Shown here: positions 6,749-14,915 of the stretch, in pieces | How positions within the stretch are numbered: position 1 is the first letter of the stretch | How the letters are laid out: each line of letters begins with the position of its first letter | IMG/VR virus record: IMGVR_UViG_3300032243_001145 | Coordinates: 1-64,000 of that record | Reading direction: 5' to 3' (one strand) | Origin: a virus | Lineage: Duplodnaviria; Caudoviricetes | Length of the DNA: 64,000 nt | The notes under the pieces: generated by a model | Databases searched by the model: none | Told to the model about the DNA's origin: nothing | Seen by the model: the letters and a program-made list of their open reading frames with translations, nothing else | Position numbers and translations under genes: made by a program

Positions 6749-6934
6749 CTATATTATATCATTAAATGTGTCAACATAGTTGACTGAATTGTCTCTATCG
6801 CCGCCGATTTCACTATTTGGGATCTGATTTTCATGATATTGTAAATGAAAGTCTAATAGATTATGAGTAACTGCACAAAAGCATGTAGGGCAATGTGTGA
6901 TCCATTGAGACTTATCTTCCCACCGTTTACTCAT
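6749..6934 (-). CDS. small C2H2 Zn-finger-like protein
   Basis: CPTC...HxxxH. Confidence 0.6.
   Translation of the reverse strand: MSKRWEDKSQWITHCPTCFCAVTHNLLDFHLQYHENQIPNSEIGGDRDNSVNYVDTFNDII
6791..6825 (-). repeat. conserved ~36-bp upstream element, copy 2
   Basis: GTCTCTATCGCCG...TTTCACTATTTGGGATCT. Confidence 0.7.
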
Positions 6935-7163
6935 AAGCTTCAGGTGAAGGAGTCGGACCTTCGTTATCAGGTTCGGAACCTGGAGTACTGCCGTTATACG
7001 AACCTGAAATATTCTTAGGAATAATTCTCTTAATCTCGTAGTAACAGACTGGGCACTCTCCGATGTGCAACCAATTACCTGAATCTAAGATAACCATTTC
7101 GGTTAACCTTCCTTCTACATTTTTATTACAAAAAACGCAGAAAGCACTCAACTTTACTGTCAA
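6927..7163 (-). CDS. Zn-ribbon protein; C-terminus reads through a tRNA-like sequence
   Basis: CVFC...GECPVC. Confidence 0.7.
   Translation of the reverse strand: MTVKLSAFCVFCNKNVEGRLTEMVILDSGNWLHIGECPVCYYEIKRIIPKNISGSYNGSTPGSEPDNEGPTPSPEAYE
6938..7008 (-). tRNA. tRNA-like gene with anticodon CCG (Arg) on a Gln-type body; possibly a pseudo-tRNA
   Basis: Acceptor TTCAGGT/ACCTGAA, D arm GTAT/GTAC, anticodon loop TTCCGAA, T arm GAAGG-TCCGACT-CCTTC. Confidence 0.65.
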
Positions 7164-7432
7164 TGGGTATCCGCTTCACGAAGCCACTGATCTTCCCATA
7201 AGCCCATTAAAGACTTATTTCCAATATCATCAAAGTAATATCGTTTCTTTACTGGGTTATATGTCCAACCATACCATGTATCGCCTTCTAACCAAATCAG
7301 GTTAGTTGGCTCTTCTAATTTAGATTTTTCAAGCAAACGGAAGAGTTCATCATTATCTCTTACAACCGCCTGAATTGCCTCTCTAAGGCGTTTAGGGCGC
7401 ATCAAGTATTTTTCTACAAGATCATAAATCAT
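7160..7432 (-). CDS. hypothetical protein
   Basis: Likely start MIYDL. Confidence 0.75.
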   Translation of the reverse strand: MIYDLVEKYLMRPKRLREAIQAVVRDNDELFRLLEKSKLEEPTNLIWLEGDTWYGWTYNPVKKRYYFDDIGNKSLMGLWEDQWLREADTH

Positions 7433-7871
7433 TATAATAGTTTTCCGTTTCTGAGTATTCTCCATTTTTATTTTGTCTCCAGTATGTTCTATTTTTGTGA
7501 CAATTTGAACATACTATGTCACATTTAGCTATCTCATCAATAAGTTGCTGAATGGTAAAATCTCTTGCACTTCTTCCTCCAATTGTAAATAGCTTTTTAT
7601 GCTCAGGCAAATGATCAAACTCTAACATCCAATACGGGTAATCTTCCCTGCAATCAGCACATAGTTTACCTTGTTTTTGTTCACGTATAAATGCAATGTT
7701 GCGATGCCTAGACTGTTTTTGCCTATTCATAGTTTTTTCTTTTTGACCTTTACCGCAATGATATGAAACAGTAGATTTAGCACAACCAAGGATATCTACA
7801 ATTTGACTATATGATTTACCTTCTTCATACAGCCTAAAAATTTTTGTTTTTAAAATTGTATCAGTTTGCAT
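7422..7871 (-). CDS. HTH plus HNH endonuclease (free-standing homing-endonuclease-like)
   Basis: N-terminal HTH (SYSQIVDILGCAKSTVSYH), CADC...EFDH...CSNCH. Confidence 0.85.
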   Translation of the reverse strand: MQTDTILKTKIFRLYEEGKSYSQIVDILGCAKSTVSYHCGKGQKEKTMNRQKQSRHRNIAFIREQKQGKLCADCREDYPYWMLEFDHLPEHKKLFTIGGRSARDFTIQQLIDEIAKCDIVCSNCHKNRTYWRQNKNGEYSETENYYNDL

Positions 7872-7965
7872 CTGATTCCTTTTCCCATGTAAGCTTACCG
7901 TCTTTATATACAGGCCAATAACCTAATGAACGCCAGTCCATCTTCATAATTTTAGGTTCTTTCAT
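7861..7965 (-). CDS. 34-aa microprotein (MKEPKIMKMDW...)
   Basis: GAGG RBS, overlaps both neighbours. Confidence 0.55.
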   Translation of the reverse strand: MKEPKIMKMDWRSLGYWPVYKDGKLTWEKESDAN

Positions 7966-8105
7966 AGTGCCTCTTGAATAGGAATCATTGCTGTACATCT
8001 TATGCAGTATTCATATGTTGAACCAGTAAAAGGACAAGATCCAGCATGATGCAGTTGATGTCCTTTAAAAAAACAAATAAATCTAAGAATAGTTTCTTTT
8101 ATCAT
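7962..8105 (-). CDS. 47-aa protein with CxxxGH...CxRC motif
   Basis: DUF1660-like pattern. Confidence 0.6.
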   Translation of the reverse strand: MIKETILRFICFFKGHQLHHAGSCPFTGSTYEYCIRCTAMIPIQEAL

Positions 8106-8137
8106 ATTACATACTATACTATATTTTTAAAATATAA

Positions 8138-8782
8138 TCAATAGCCTATTTCAATAACTTTTCCGTTAAAAGATTTATCTGCATTTAATATTATATTAGC
8201 TATCTGCTCTTTTGTAGCAAGAGATGAAATGTCTTCTTTATAATTTGAATCATAAAAAGCCCTAGTATCATATATAAGCCCTGGAGAAATAGAAAATGCT
8301 GACTGATCTTTATTTAAACTAACTGATAAAGACATTATAAATGCTTGAACTCCCGCTTTTACAGCAGAATAATTTGCATCACGAATTGGTTTATTTGCTG
8401 CCATAGAAGATATAGAAATTATCTGTCCTTCATTTGATAAAGATTTTAATAAATTAATTACAAGCCAATTATAATTAAATAAATAAGCATTATAAAAATT
8501 TCTAACAATATTTTCAGGTATATTTTTAAAATCAGGATAGTTTCCAAGAGTGTTTCCTGGCAATAATATTATTTTTGAATAATAATTTGTTTTTAATTGA
8601 TCAATAAATATTTTAATGCTTTCAAAATTTTCTAAATCAAGGTATATCCAATTATAAGATCCGTATGTTTTATTCTTATTTCTATATGTCATGGTGTCGA
8701 TTTGATATCCATTATTTTCTAAAGTTGAAACTATAATGTTAGACAATCCACTTGATCCACCAATAATTAATACATTTTTCAT
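8138..8782 (-). CDS. short-chain dehydrogenase/reductase (SDR)
   Basis: GGSSGLS dinucleotide fold, SISS, catalytic YSAVK. Confidence 0.85.
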   Translation of the reverse strand: MKNVLIIGGSSGLSNIIVSTLENNGYQIDTMTYRNKNKTYGSYNWIYLDLENFESIKIFIDQLKTNYYSKIILLPGNTLGNYPDFKNIPENIVRNFYNAYLFNYNWLVINLLKSLSNEGQIISISSMAANKPIRDANYSAVKAGVQAFIMSLSVSLNKDQSAFSISPGLIYDTRAFYDSNYKEDISSLATKEQIANIILNADKSFNGKVIEIGY

Positions 8783-8796
8783 AAAGCTCCTTAACT

Positions 8797-8830
8797 ATAA
8801 CTTTATTATATCATGATATAATAAAGTTAT
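8797..8830. promoter_or_regulatory. 34-bp perfect palindrome forming back-to-back extended -10 promoters
   Basis: ATAACTTTATTATATCA|TGATATAATAAAGTTAT between divergent genes. Confidence 0.8.
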
Positions 8831-9407
8831 GAATAAAATAAATTTAGACTCAAATATTTTTTATATAGAAAATTTTTTATCAAAAGAATCTCATTTACAG
8901 CTTTTAAATTTTTGTAATGAAGGAAACTTTATATTTGAAGATAAATACGTTAAGCAAAGAGGCATTAAATATATTGATAGACAAAATAATCAAGACTATA
9001 TAAATGCATATAAAGAGTTTGTATCTAGTATAGAAAAAATGTTTAATAATGATAAACATTCATTAGAATATCTATCTCATGTTCAAACATACAAAATGTA
9101 TAATAATGAACTAAATTATAATAAAAGATGGGCAATGGGCCCACATTTTGATGACGAAAGACCAGACATTTTTGATGGAGAACCAATAGTTTATTTTGGA
9201 TTAGTTTATTATATAAATGATAATTATGATGGCGGAGAAATAACTTATCCTAATCAAAATATAAAATTTAAACCAAAAGCAAATACATTAGTTGTGCACC
9301 CAGGATCAAATAATTACGTGCATCAAGTTGAACAAATATTTAATTGTGATAGGTTTCAAATATCAGCATTTATTAAAAATAATAAAATAAAATCTTTATT
9401 ATTTTAA
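8829..9407 (+). CDS. 2OG-Fe(II) oxygenase (prolyl-4-hydroxylase-like)
   Basis: HFD...YINDNYDGGE...H...R. Confidence 0.9.
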   Translation: MNKINLDSNIFYIENFLSKESHLQLLNFCNEGNFIFEDKYVKQRGIKYIDRQNNQDYINAYKEFVSSIEKMFNNDKHSLEYLSHVQTYKMYNNELNYNKRWAMGPHFDDERPDIFDGEPIVYFGLVYYINDNYDGGEITYPNQNIKFKPKANTLVVHPGSNNYVHQVEQIFNCDRFQISAFIKNNKIKSLLF

Positions 9408-9973
9408 GCAACACCTTGTTTTTTTAATAAAACTAAATTATATATTGCAAGAGCTTCCTCAATGTCTGGGTGATTTTTAACGGACCCCTTCACAGAATCA
9501 TAACTATCATCAATTATGCTGGTTGGTTCAAATATTTCAGTTGCTTCTGGAAAAACTATTTCAAAATCTTCTTCGAGAGGATTTAAATAAATTTTGTGAC
9601 AAAGCATTGATATTATTCTTTGTGGATGTAAAACCAAATCTTCAAAGTCAATTACAATAACATTTTTATGAGAATTAATTTTATCATAAAATAAAATATA
9701 GTCTTTAATACTTTTTGCTATTTTTTGATTTAAAATTTGATCTGGTTCACCAATCCATTGATCTTTGTCATAAATTCCATTTTTTGAATCAAATATCATT
9801 TTTGATGAAAGAGCATCAACTGGATGTCTTGCTATTGTTATCCATTTAAATCTTTCATCTAATACTTCATTTAAATCATGTGACTCAGCGACCTTATGCA
9901 GCTTAACTTTATTTGCTAAATTTTCTATTAAAAAATGATTTCCGTGTCTTGGGAATGTAACTATTTTATTCAT
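9404..9973 (-). CDS. sulfotransferase-family protein
   Basis: PRHGNHFL (5'-PSB loop), ARHPVDALSS (3'-PB), FEDLVLHP. Confidence 0.75.
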   Translation of the reverse strand: MNKIVTFPRHGNHFLIENLANKVKLHKVAESHDLNEVLDERFKWITIARHPVDALSSKMIFDSKNGIYDKDQWIGEPDQILNQKIAKSIKDYILFYDKINSHKNVIVIDFEDLVLHPQRIISMLCHKIYLNPLEEDFEIVFPEATEIFEPTSIIDDSYDSVKGSVKNHPDIEEALAIYNLVLLKKQGVA

Positions 9974-10040
9974 TATTGCCTCCTTAATTTCAAGGATACA
10001 ATTTATACATTAAAAAGTCAATAATGATACAATATTCTAT

Positions 10041-10724
10041 ATGGATTCAGTTTATTTTTTACATATAAATAAAACAGCTGGCAGGTTTTTCTATGACTAT
10101 GTCATTAAGCCTTCTAGGTTTGCAATTGACTTTGATTATAAATTTATAATACCAAACAAAAGTAACTCTTGGACACATTGGGGATGGACGGATTTAATTC
10201 AAGACTCAACATATGTTATGTCATCGTTAAGAGATCCTGTTGAAGTTGCAATTAGCTATTATTTACATAGTTTTACAGAAGATCATGATGAGGAGCTAGA
10301 TAGTCTAAGGACTGTTTTGAAATCAAAACATACATTTTTTTATGCAATGGAACGAATAACTAACATACAATCAAAAAATTTTATGACTTGGAAAGATGAT
10401 AAAGTTTCTGTCGGCACTTCAATGCCAATAAATAAAAATTTAGTATTTGAAAGACTTGACAGAGTAAATTTATTATTAAATTCAAAAGATATAAATATAA
10501 AAACTGCAAAAAACATACAAGAAAAAATATTTACAGATTTAAATATTAAATCTGATGCAACAGTTCCAGAAAAAGATACTAATTCATTTAGAACAAAAGG
10601 TTTTAATGAGTTTTACAATTCATTTACTCAAGGACAGCTTGACAGAATAGCTGATTTAAATTCTATTGATATGGAGCTTTATGAAAAAGCAAAAACATTA
10701 TTTTGGAAACCAAAACAAAATTAA
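10041..10724 (+). CDS. sulfotransferase (Sulfotransfer_2-like)
   Basis: FLHINKTAG, LRDPVEVAISYY, NSIDMELYE. Confidence 0.8.
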   Translation: MDSVYFLHINKTAGRFFYDYVIKPSRFAIDFDYKFIIPNKSNSWTHWGWTDLIQDSTYVMSSLRDPVEVAISYYLHSFTEDHDEELDSLRTVLKSKHTFFYAMERITNIQSKNFMTWKDDKVSVGTSMPINKNLVFERLDRVNLLLNSKDINIKTAKNIQEKIFTDLNIKSDATVPEKDTNSFRTKGFNEFYNSFTQGQLDRIADLNSIDMELYEKAKTLFWKPKQN

Positions 10725-10939
10725 TTTTTTTCTTTAATTCTTTTCCACATTCCATATTGATCAGGATCATTTAAACCAATATACTCTTGTCCAGTTTCTA
10801 AATCTATTAGTAACCATTTGCCTGGAGCTTTTGTATGTATGACTAGATCTACTGCAACATCTAACTGTTTTACTTCTGACCCTTGATACATTCTAGGAAG
10901 AAATGAATAAACATTATTTAATAATTTTCTTGTTTTCAT
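10721..10939 (-). CDS. hypothetical protein
   Basis: 72 aa, TKAPGKWLLIDLETGQEY. Confidence 0.75.
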   Translation of the reverse strand: MKTRKLLNNVYSFLPRMYQGSEVKQLDVAVDLVIHTKAPGKWLLIDLETGQEYIGLNDPDQYGMWKRIKEKN

Positions 10940-11025
10940 AATACAGGTGAATCTAAAACTGCATCTATTGCGTCATCAATATTACTTTGATGTTCTTTTG
11001 AGCAATTTCCGCAGTTTAAACACAT
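10936..11025 (-). CDS. 29-aa MCLNCGNC microprotein
   Basis: ATGA-coupled to the downstream gene; not in the ORF track. Confidence 0.6.
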   Translation of the reverse strand: MCLNCGNCSKEHQSNIDDAIDAVLDSPVL

Positions 11026-11026
11026 T

Positions 11027-11230
11027 TTATTTTCTTCCCCATTTAACTTTATTCCAACCACGCTCATGGAAATAATAAAGGATTGTCTTTGTTAGTACTT
11101 CAAACCCTGCAATTGATGCAGCAGTTATTGCTTTATGTGTTATAAAATATGACAAAACAAAAGTGTCTGCCGTTCCAATGATACGCCAAGTGATTGCTTT
11201 TAGTGCTGATCTTTGTTTAGTTACATTCAT
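11027..11230 (-). CDS. DUF2061 small membrane protein
   Basis: RSALKAITWR...YYFHERGW. Confidence 0.85.
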   Translation of the reverse strand: MNVTKQRSALKAITWRIIGTADTFVLSYFITHKAITAASIAGFEVLTKTILYYFHERGWNKVKWGRK

Positions 11231-11298
11231 CTTTATCCTTAAAATCAAACATTAATGCTACAAACCTATCTTCTGCATCTGCAATACCCTGAGAACTT

Positions 11299-12060
11299 TT
11301 ATATACCCAATTCTTTACGCTTTTCAGTAGCTGAAATAGCATGAATGGTTGCCCCCAAATCTACTTGTTCAATTTTATATCCTACGTCACGACCATATAC
11401 AATGTTGGTAATATTAGGCAATCTTAATACCAATGCTCCATCCATAAATTCATCTTTAGCAATATATTCTTTTACCTGATCAAAGGTCAACGGATCTTTT
11501 TCGCTAGTCTTATATGTATTTCTTACGCCAAGTAAAACTTGCTTTGTTCTTTTTCCCGCCTCTTCATATAGTGCGTGATGTCCTTCATGCCAAGGTTGGT
11601 ATCTACCAAGCATTAATGTTGTTGGAGCCGACCAATCATGAAGTTTGAAGTGCTGAATAATTACAGTAGCTTTTTGATCTTGATCTAGTTTATGATCTTC
11701 AAAAGTTGCATCATACTGTGTTGGGCGTTCAAACATTTTATTTGTATCTTCAAAACGACCCTCTTCAATTGTATCCATAAATATAAAAATATCTGGCTTA
11801 CCAAATGCTGAACGTGTAGCTTCTGTTGGGCAAACAAAATCTACAATAACTGGTGCCACACCTTGCTTAGAAATAAGACGTGCCATCTCGCCCATACGAC
11901 GTGCCTGTTCTAGTCTATCTTCTGGTGTGAATCCAAGATCAGAGTTTACTGTTGCACGTACCTCATCAGCATTTAAATGAATTGCATTAATTCTTTCTTT
12001 TAAAGCTTTTGCTAACTGAGTTTTGCCTGAACCTGGGAGTCCAATTATTTGAATAATCAT
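11299..12060 (-). CDS. cysC: adenylyl-sulfate (APS) kinase fused to a HxGH nucleotidyltransferase domain
   Basis: GLPGSGKT, LNADEVR, DLGFTPEDRLEQARR; C-domain GRYQPWHEGH...YGRD...ISATEKR. Confidence 0.85.
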   Translation of the reverse strand: MIIQIIGLPGSGKTQLAKALKERINAIHLNADEVRATVNSDLGFTPEDRLEQARRMGEMARLISKQGVAPVIVDFVCPTEATRSAFGKPDIFIFMDTIEEGRFEDTNKMFERPTQYDATFEDHKLDQDQKATVIIQHFKLHDWSAPTTLMLGRYQPWHEGHHALYEEAGKRTKQVLLGVRNTYKTSEKDPLTFDQVKEYIAKDEFMDGALVLRLPNITNIVYGRDVGYKIEQVDLGATIHAISATEKRKELGI

Positions 12061-12803
12061 TTAGAAATCTCTCTTACTAGTTGATGAATAGCGTTATCGC
12101 TATCATCGTTATATGTTGATGAAAACATAAGTTCAAATTCTTTAAACTTATTTAATTCTTTTAGCACTGTTTCCTGTGTGCCATAAATACAATTATTAAT
12201 TTGTCTTTCATTTTTTAGATCATTAAATATTTTTTCGGCTTCTGCGTAGCTGTCTTTAATAATTAAAAATATTTTTAATATTTTTTTACTATTAATTATA
12301 TCAAATCTATTTGAATTATTCAAGTGATCTTCTAATAAATAAATAATACCATCTCCATAATTTAATGAATTTATTATTGTTTCGTCAGATCCTCCGCTAA
12401 AAAATATTTCAGGTAAATCTTTATTAATTTCTTTTAATTTAGCTACAAACTGTCCAGATTTTTGTTTTCTTTCTTGTATAGAAGTTATATTTTCAAATAA
12501 ATCTTGATCTTCATCGCTAGTCCCAGATACAATATTAATTAAAAGTTTATCTTTTACTATTTGATTAAATGCTTTTATCATCATTGATAAATAAGCTGGT
12601 GTCAATGCATATGGCCTTATTGCAACCATATATTTTGTTTTTTGTCCTTCAAACAAAGCATTTGCTGCTTTTATAAAATAATCTTCTTCGTCTGAATGAA
12701 ATGTTAGTAAAACTGATTCGTATCCAACATCATCTATAGATTTAATAAAAGAATGAAGTTCCATTGGAGTGAAATTATACTTCAACATCCAATGAAACTT
12801 CAT
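12057..12803 (-). CDS. luciferase-like flavin monooxygenase (SsuD-like), paralog 2
   Basis: GYESVLL...KYMVAIRPYALTP...LLINIVSG. Confidence 0.8.
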   Translation of the reverse strand: MKFHWMLKYNFTPMELHSFIKSIDDVGYESVLLTFHSDEEDYFIKAANALFEGQKTKYMVAIRPYALTPAYLSMMIKAFNQIVKDKLLINIVSGTSDEDQDLFENITSIQERKQKSGQFVAKLKEINKDLPEIFFSGGSDETIINSLNYGDGIIYLLEDHLNNSNRFDIINSKKILKIFLIIKDSYAEAEKIFNDLKNERQINNCIYGTQETVLKELNKFKEFELMFSSTYNDDSDNAIHQLVREISK

Positions 12804-12808
12804 TTAGA

Positions 12809-13015
12809 CTAAACCTTTTTTCTGCCTGTTTTTTTGGTAGGCTTAGGTATTAAGCTTGTCTCTCTTCTAATTCCGTGCTTGTTAGTATCTATTTTTACAC
12901 CCTGTCTTGGATACTTCTTGGGCGTTTCTCTACTTGTAACGGCTCCTGCTGCTGCGCCTGCATTTGGTGCTGGCGTCGTGCTTGTTCCGTCTTCTTTTTT
13001 AATACTATTGTTCAT
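12809..13015 (-). CDS. basic low-complexity small protein
   Basis: 68 aa, Lys/Arg-rich C-terminus. Confidence 0.65.
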   Translation of the reverse strand: MNNSIKKEDGTSTTPAPNAGAAAGAVTSRETPKKYPRQGVKIDTNKHGIRRETSLIPKPTKKTGRKKV

Positions 13016-13163
13016 TTATAAACTGTCTTGTCTCTTCTGGTGTTGATACCATTCCTAGTGTTGTACCAGATTCACCATCTCTTGAAACATCTTCAATATT
13101 AACTGGTGTCATTCCTAACCCCATGCCAACTGAATTAATACCGCATCCGCAATCCATACACAT
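13005..13163 (-). CDS. 52-aa MCMDCGCG microprotein
   Basis: TAATG-coupled; N-terminal CxxCGC. Confidence 0.7.
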   Translation of the reverse strand: MCMDCGCGINSVGMGLGMTPVNIEDVSRDGESGTTLGMVSTPEETRQFINEQ

Positions 13164-13339
13164 TAGCTACAGTTCTCGCAATCTTTAACTGCACAATCGG
13201 CTTCGCCTCTTGTGTCTCTTGTGCACTCCACATTAGCCTTTACTGGCGCTGCAGGTGCTACTACAGGCTTAACAGCCTCAGCAATTGCTGCTTCCATTGA
13301 TGGAGCAGTTACTTCTTCTGTTTTTAAAATGTCTTCCAT
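13163..13339 (-). CDS. 58-aa protein with C-terminal 4-Cys cluster
   Basis: ...ECTRDTRGEADCAVKDCENCS*. Confidence 0.7.
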   Translation of the reverse strand: MEDILKTEEVTAPSMEAAIAEAVKPVVAPAAPVKANVECTRDTRGEADCAVKDCENCS

Positions 13340-13341
13340 GA

Positions 13342-13548
13342 TTAGCTGTACATTCCTTCACTGACTCCTGGTGCATCTGTACCAGTATCTGAAGAACCTT
13401 CTCCATTTAATCCTGCATTACCCTGTGAAGACATGTCTTTTGCTGGAAACGCTCCTGCTAATGCTTCTGTGTAGCTTTCTGTTGCCCATGGTGATGGCTC
13501 GTAGCCTTTTGTCTCACCAAATCCTGTTAAGTTAATTCCATCTGTCAT
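13342..13548 (-). CDS. acidic Gly/Ser-rich small protein
   Basis: AGGAG RBS, TGCTAATAAT-like -10 and leader hairpin upstream. Confidence 0.75.
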   Translation of the reverse strand: MTDGINLTGFGETKGYEPSPWATESYTEALAGAFPAKDMSSQGNAGLNGEGSSDTGTDAPGVSEGMYS

Positions 13549-13623
13549 TTTATTGCTCCTATAGGTTATTTATTTAAGCGGGACTAGTATTCCGCTTATA
13601 GGTCTATTATAGCATCTAGTTGA

Positions 13624-13743
13624 TTAAGATTTGTATTTATCATAATAACAATCAGAGCATACCCGTATAAGTCGGCTTTCAGTGCTTGTTATTTTAGTTG
13701 CTGGTTTTTGACAATTTTTTACTTCACAAAATTCACTACTCAT
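13624..13743 (-). CDS. 39-aa Zn-finger-like microprotein
   Basis: CxxxxC...CSDC. Confidence 0.6.
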   Translation of the reverse strand: MSSEFCEVKNCQKPATKITSTESRLIRVCSDCYYDKYKS

Positions 13744-13746
13744 ATA

Positions 13747-13890
13747 TTATTTTGAGCCTTTTGCAGTTTGGCCCCTATAGCCCGTCTTTTTTTTATTCAT
13801 CGATCCAGGTTTCTTGTATCCAGAGCCGTTTGGAGTTGCTGCAATTCTTTGCTCTAAAGCCTTTTTAATCTTATCATGGTGCTTTCCCAT
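13747..13890 (-). CDS. 47-aa basic microprotein (MGKHHDKIKK...)
   Basis: TAATG-coupled. Confidence 0.65.
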   Translation of the reverse strand: MGKHHDKIKKALEQRIAATPNGSGYKKPGSMNKKKTGYRGQTAKGSK

Positions 13891-14108
13891 TATTTAACCT
13901 TATTTCCAAACTTTGCCCATACTCTTTCGTGTAAAAAGTATCCTATCATTTCGCATAAAGTATAAATTATTGCAAATGATCCAGCATATTCCCAATGTGC
14001 TTCTCCAGTAATGGCTTTTTCAAAAAAATATACCATTGTTCCAACAAAGCTAATATGTACTGCTGGCCATGTTAATGATTTATATAAACTTTTTCTATTT
14101 GATTCCAT
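13890..14108 (-). CDS. DUF2061-like membrane protein
   Basis: KSLYKSLTW...YFLHERVW. Confidence 0.75.
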   Translation of the reverse strand: MESNRKSLYKSLTWPAVHISFVGTMVYFFEKAITGEAHWEYAGSFAIIYTLCEMIGYFLHERVWAKFGNKVK

Positions 14109-14892
14109 TTTGTTCCCCCATTATTTCTTTAATTAAATAGTGTATAGATGATACGTTATTATCTTCTGGGTGAGGGCTGATTAATAAATCAGTAGCACCT
14201 AAATCCTTTAGATTTTTTATTTGATCCTTTACACTATTTTTATTACCATATATTGTCCATCTGTCGGACCCTAAACTTTTAGATAACATGTTTTTTATAT
14301 CTGATTCTGAATCATTTATTATTATACTAAATGATAACATTTGTTTGGTATTTTTTATAAAATTAGGATCTTCATACGACTGCTTATGCATGTTTAGCAT
14401 AGCAAGGTGTGTGGCATTATATTTCTCAGCCATAAGTCTTGTTTCATTGGAATGACCACCCATAACTATTTCTGAAACTGTATCACCCGCAAGAGAATTG
14501 AACTTTAAAATCCAATTATCCGTGTAACTTAATCTTTTTTCTGGGGTATCTAGATCTTTTCCAAACCAGATTATGTCTTGTACCGACGTCTCTTCTTCAT
14601 GCAAGTCGCCAGATACAATATTAAGCATAAGTCTATTTGGGCATATGTTATAAAAAGCCTTAGATATCATTGCACAATATTCTGGGCTTATTGCATATGT
14701 CCTGATTGCTGGCATGTATTTAAATTTATGATTTGTATCTAGAACTCTGGCAGCCTTAATCCAATTATCTTCTATTTTTGAATGATATACAAGCAATATT
14801 GATTCATATCCAAATTTATCTGCTATTTCTGAAATATACTTAAGGCGATCAAGACTTGTGTCTCCGCCTCTTTCCATCCAATGAAACTTCAT
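14095..14892 (-). CDS. luciferase-like flavin monooxygenase (SsuD-like), paralog 1
   Basis: MKFHWM, GYESILL, KYMPAIRTYAISP, NRLMLNIVSGD. Confidence 0.8.
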   Translation of the reverse strand: MKFHWMERGGDTSLDRLKYISEIADKFGYESILLVYHSKIEDNWIKAARVLDTNHKFKYMPAIRTYAISPEYCAMISKAFYNICPNRLMLNIVSGDLHEEETSVQDIIWFGKDLDTPEKRLSYTDNWILKFNSLAGDTVSEIVMGGHSNETRLMAEKYNATHLAMLNMHKQSYEDPNFIKNTKQMLSFSIIINDSESDIKNMLSKSLGSDRWTIYGNKNSVKDQIKNLKDLGATDLLISPHPEDNNVSSIHYLIKEIMGEQNGIK

Positions 14893-14915
14893 ATTTCCAT
14901 TCTATCATTTAAATA

